Shown one piece after another: positions 34,596 to 37,023 of a DNA stretch of 37,023 nt (positions are counted from its first letter, which is position 1; each line of letters begins with the position of its first letter). A program made the translations under genes and the position numbers. A model generated the notes under the pieces. The model saw nothing but the letters and a program-made list of their open reading frames with translations, ran no database searches and was not told the DNA's origin. The DNA is taken from positions 1 through 37,023 of the IMG/VR virus record IMGVR_UViG_3300042295_000748. The stretch is one strand, 5' to 3'. The stretch is from a virus. Taxonomy: Duplodnaviria > Caudoviricetes.

Positions 34596-35410
34596 CCACA
34601 ACAAAGGCAGAATCCCCGCAGATGGAAGATCCATTCATTTACGCACCGCAGCCGACCAGCAAGGTCCAAGCAGTAACCCAGGCAGGCACCAGGCCGTCCA
34701 TCCATGTCTCGCTGTACGCCTACGGTGGCATCAGCGCAGCCTGCATGATGTCCTGGGTAGATCTGACGGCCACGTTCGCCCGTTCAGACAGGCAGACCGA
34801 TCTGCGCACCATCCGGGAGGATGCCCTGATATCCCGCAGCCGTTGCCGTGCGACCAAGTGGTTCCTCGACAGCGGCAAGGACGTCTGGATTCAACTGGAC
34901 CACGACATTGAGTTCACCGCGGCCGACGTCATCCGCATGGCCGAGCTGGCCCATGAACACCAGGCAACCGTCTGCATCCCCTACTCGTGCCGCTCACTGC
35001 CCGCCAGGCCGGCCCTGCGTCCCAAGGCGGAGCACCTGCAGGCCCTCAAGCATCAGGTGAATGACGCTGAGTGCGCAGCGGAGCTGGTACCCATCACCAT
35101 GTTCGCATCGGGATGCCTCGCAATCCCCCGTAAATGCCTTCTGGCGACACTTGATGCGCTGGAAGGGTCAGGAGTGCAGAGCCCGTACAGGATCGACTGG
35201 TGCGAGGATGTGCGCGTCGAACGCTTCCCGACCCTGTGGATGCCACTGGCCATGGAATCCATGCCCGGCAAACTCGAGTATCTCAGTGAGGATTACGCTG
35301 CCGCAGTCAGGATGACCCTGGCCGGAGTGAAGCACCTCTCGATGAAACCCCGTAAGCAACTCAACCACTGGGGAGAGTTCCCCTTTAGCTTTGCGCCTTA
35401 TGCCGGGTGA
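34592..35410 (+). CDS. GT-A fold glycosyltransferase-like protein
   Basis: LISRSR, DxD motif in WIQLDHDIEF, SGCLAI.R, YLSEDY, NHWG. Confidence 0.75.
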   Translation: MTTTKAESPQMEDPFIYAPQPTSKVQAVTQAGTRPSIHVSLYAYGGISAACMMSWVDLTATFARSDRQTDLRTIREDALISRSRCRATKWFLDSGKDVWIQLDHDIEFTAADVIRMAELAHEHQATVCIPYSCRSLPARPALRPKAEHLQALKHQVNDAECAAELVPITMFASGCLAIPRKCLLATLDALEGSGVQSPYRIDWCEDVRVERFPTLWMPLAMESMPGKLEYLSEDYAAAVRMTLAGVKHLSMKPRKQLNHWGEFPFSFAPYAG

Positions 35411-36020
35411 GAAACCAAAGAAGAGGCCGAGTCTTAGAGATGTTGGTGCTGCTGCTGGAGTCAATCGTCAGTATGCTCAAAGAGTTCTTTCCGGTGCAAC
35501 CAATGTGCCGAAAGACATCAAGGAGAAGGTACTGAAGGCAGCCAATGATCTTGGTTACACGAAAACCGAGCATCCAGGTCAGCATTTCAACTCTAAGCTC
35601 ACCCAAGAGCGTGCTGACGCAGTCGTTGAAGGCATCATTGAGAACAAGTCACTGGAGAAAATCGCTGAAGCCACTGGGTTGTCTCAGCATACAGCGTTTA
35701 AACTGATCCGTGGAGTCAAGGTTCCATCGGATTACCCCGAAACTGAAGACGAATGGCGCAAGGATGTGACCGGATTCCTGGAGGTTGCGATCTGGAAAGG
35801 CACCAAGCGACTGGCTGAATCCTCTATTATGTTGATAGATGATCGTACGTTACCGGTATCGGTGGCCGTGCTAACGGATAAATTGGCGGTAATTCGCGGT
35901 CAGCCCACCAGTATTCACCTAGCCATGACAGCCTCTGTGAGCCATCGGGACCTCATGAAGGACCTAAAAGAGCGCAATGTGACCCCCGTGAACGACGAGC
36001 AGACGCCCGACCTGGTTTAG
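35400..36020 (+). CDS. Probable terminase small subunit with N-terminal LacI-type HTH
   Basis: PSLRDVGAAAGV....QRVLSG...V....KEKVLKAANDLGY; second HTH; AVLTDKL..IRGQPTSI tail; last gene before terL. Confidence 0.55.
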   Translation: MPGEKPKKRPSLRDVGAAAGVNRQYAQRVLSGATNVPKDIKEKVLKAANDLGYTKTEHPGQHFNSKLTQERADAVVEGIIENKSLEKIAEATGLSQHTAFKLIRGVKVPSDYPETEDEWRKDVTGFLEVAIWKGTKRLAESSIMLIDDRTLPVSVAVLTDKLAVIRGQPTSIHLAMTASVSHRDLMKDLKERNVTPVNDEQTPDLV

Positions 36021-36317
36021 GTAGTGGCCCGAAATGTCCCACCCCTACCGCGGAAGCGTCATCGAAAACCACGATTTCAGGCCTGTTTCAGCGTTTTCTT
36101 GCACAATAGCAGTTATATTCACTTCGCAACGCAAACACGCAGCAAACCCCTGCAAACATTGATCGAAACGCACTTTTGCCCCACTCAGCAGACCCAATGT
36201 CCTACCCCGTTACACAAGGCAGGCACAAGGCCGCCCGGGCCCCCCGGGGGAGGGGGTCGGGCAATCCGCGGCGACGGTAAAAGTCGACGGGTTCTCTAAA
36301 ACGAAAAATATTGATAA

Positions 36318-37023
36318 ATGAGCCAACCACTCTGCCTCACCTGCTCCAAGCCCTTCGAGATCATCAAGCAGCGCGAAGGCCCTAAGCAGAAACGCTTCTG
36401 CACCGAGGCCTGCAACACCGCTTGGTGGAACGAGCAACCGCAGCACCCCGTCATCCCCAAAGTCGACGCCTCGCACCCCCGCGCCCTCGAGCTCAAGCAG
36501 AAGCGCACCCAGCTCGTGCTCCTCGAGAAGGCCGACCCCTACACCTACGGCTACATCCCCGACCACTGGGAGATCGCCAACACCGAGTATTTGCTCACCC
36601 AGGAACTACTGATCTCCGGCGGCAACCGCGCCGGTAAAACCCTCTGGGCCGCCCGCCGCGTGGTTCAAACCCTCCTTGAGAAGGAGAACGCATCGGTTCT
36701 CTGCTGTCACACCTCCCACGCCACCTCGGTCACCGTGCAACAGCCCGCGATCTACAACTACCTGCCCGTCGCACTCCGGGCCACCAAGAAGGGCCGTATT
36801 CACTACCTGAACTACAGCCGCAAAAATGGCTTCACCGACGGCTCATTCATCCTACCCAACGGCTCCCGCTGCGACTTCCTGAACTACACTCAGTCGGAGA
36901 ACACCATTGAGGGCCGCGAGGCAGACATGATCTGGTGCGATGAGCTTGTACCGCAATCCTGGGTGGACACACTGCGCTACCGCCTGATCACCCGCCGCGG
37001 CAAGCTCCTCGTGACCCAGACTC
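36318..37023 (+). CDS. terL: Terminase large subunit, N-terminal part (runs off the window and joins 3-1262)
   Basis: ATG 36318; CLTC..FCTEAC zinc-finger-like start; Walker A GGNRAGKT at 36618-36641; no stop to window end. Confidence 0.9.
   Translation, partial: MSQPLCLTCSKPFEIIKQREGPKQKRFCTEACNTAWWNEQPQHPVIPKVDASHPRALELKQKRTQLVLLEKADPYTYGYIPDHWEIANTEYLLTQELLISGGNRAGKTLWAARRVVQTLLEKENASVLCCHTSHATSVTVQQPAIYNYLPVALRATKKGRIHYLNYSRKNGFTDGSFILPNGSRCDFLNYTQSENTIEGREADMIWCDELVPQSWVDTLRYRLITRRGKLLVTQT
36763..37023. repeat. Terminal direct repeat, copy 2
   Basis: Matches 1-261 with 7 substitutions. Confidence 0.95.

Noticed and set aside
36024-36299. 91-aa ORF between the terS candidate and terL
   Set aside because: Atypical codon use and composition; region better explained as non-coding.
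1-37023. Integrase, repressor switch, tRNA genes, DNA or RNA polymerase
   Set aside because: No matching motifs seen by eye; a temperate lifestyle is not supported, though a tRNAscan/HMM check was not possible.

Overview
The window is essentially one complete, circularly permuted genome (about 36,762 bp unique) of a GC-rich tailed phage with podovirus-like architecture. Bases 1-261 are repeated almost exactly at 36763-37023, and the terminase large subunit runs across the join. All credible genes are on the + strand. Order: terminase, portal, scaffold, SU10-type major capsid, small structural and fibre proteins, holin/spanin-like cluster, head-tail proteins, three ejection-type proteins, tail fibre, a control region, many small early genes, replication genes (SSB-like, 3'-5' exonuclease, PIF1-like helicase, primase-SF3 helicase, candidate origin), a glycosyltransferase and a probable small terminase. 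No integrase, DNA polymerase, tRNA or CRISPR array was seen. The best candidate new system is the 1676-aa ejection-type polyvalent protein (16717-21747). It has a zincin HExxH motif followed by modules separated by four R[FW]MP motifs: a duplicated ~55-aa domain, a HhH-glycosylase-like domain and an ADP-ribosyltransferase-like domain. Two of its linkers also encode small ORFs in the +1 frame, each stopping at or just before an RFMP motif. A second notable signal is a compact H-type RNA pseudoknot with compensatory changes in two gene leaders. All family assignments come from motif recognition by eye, not database searches.
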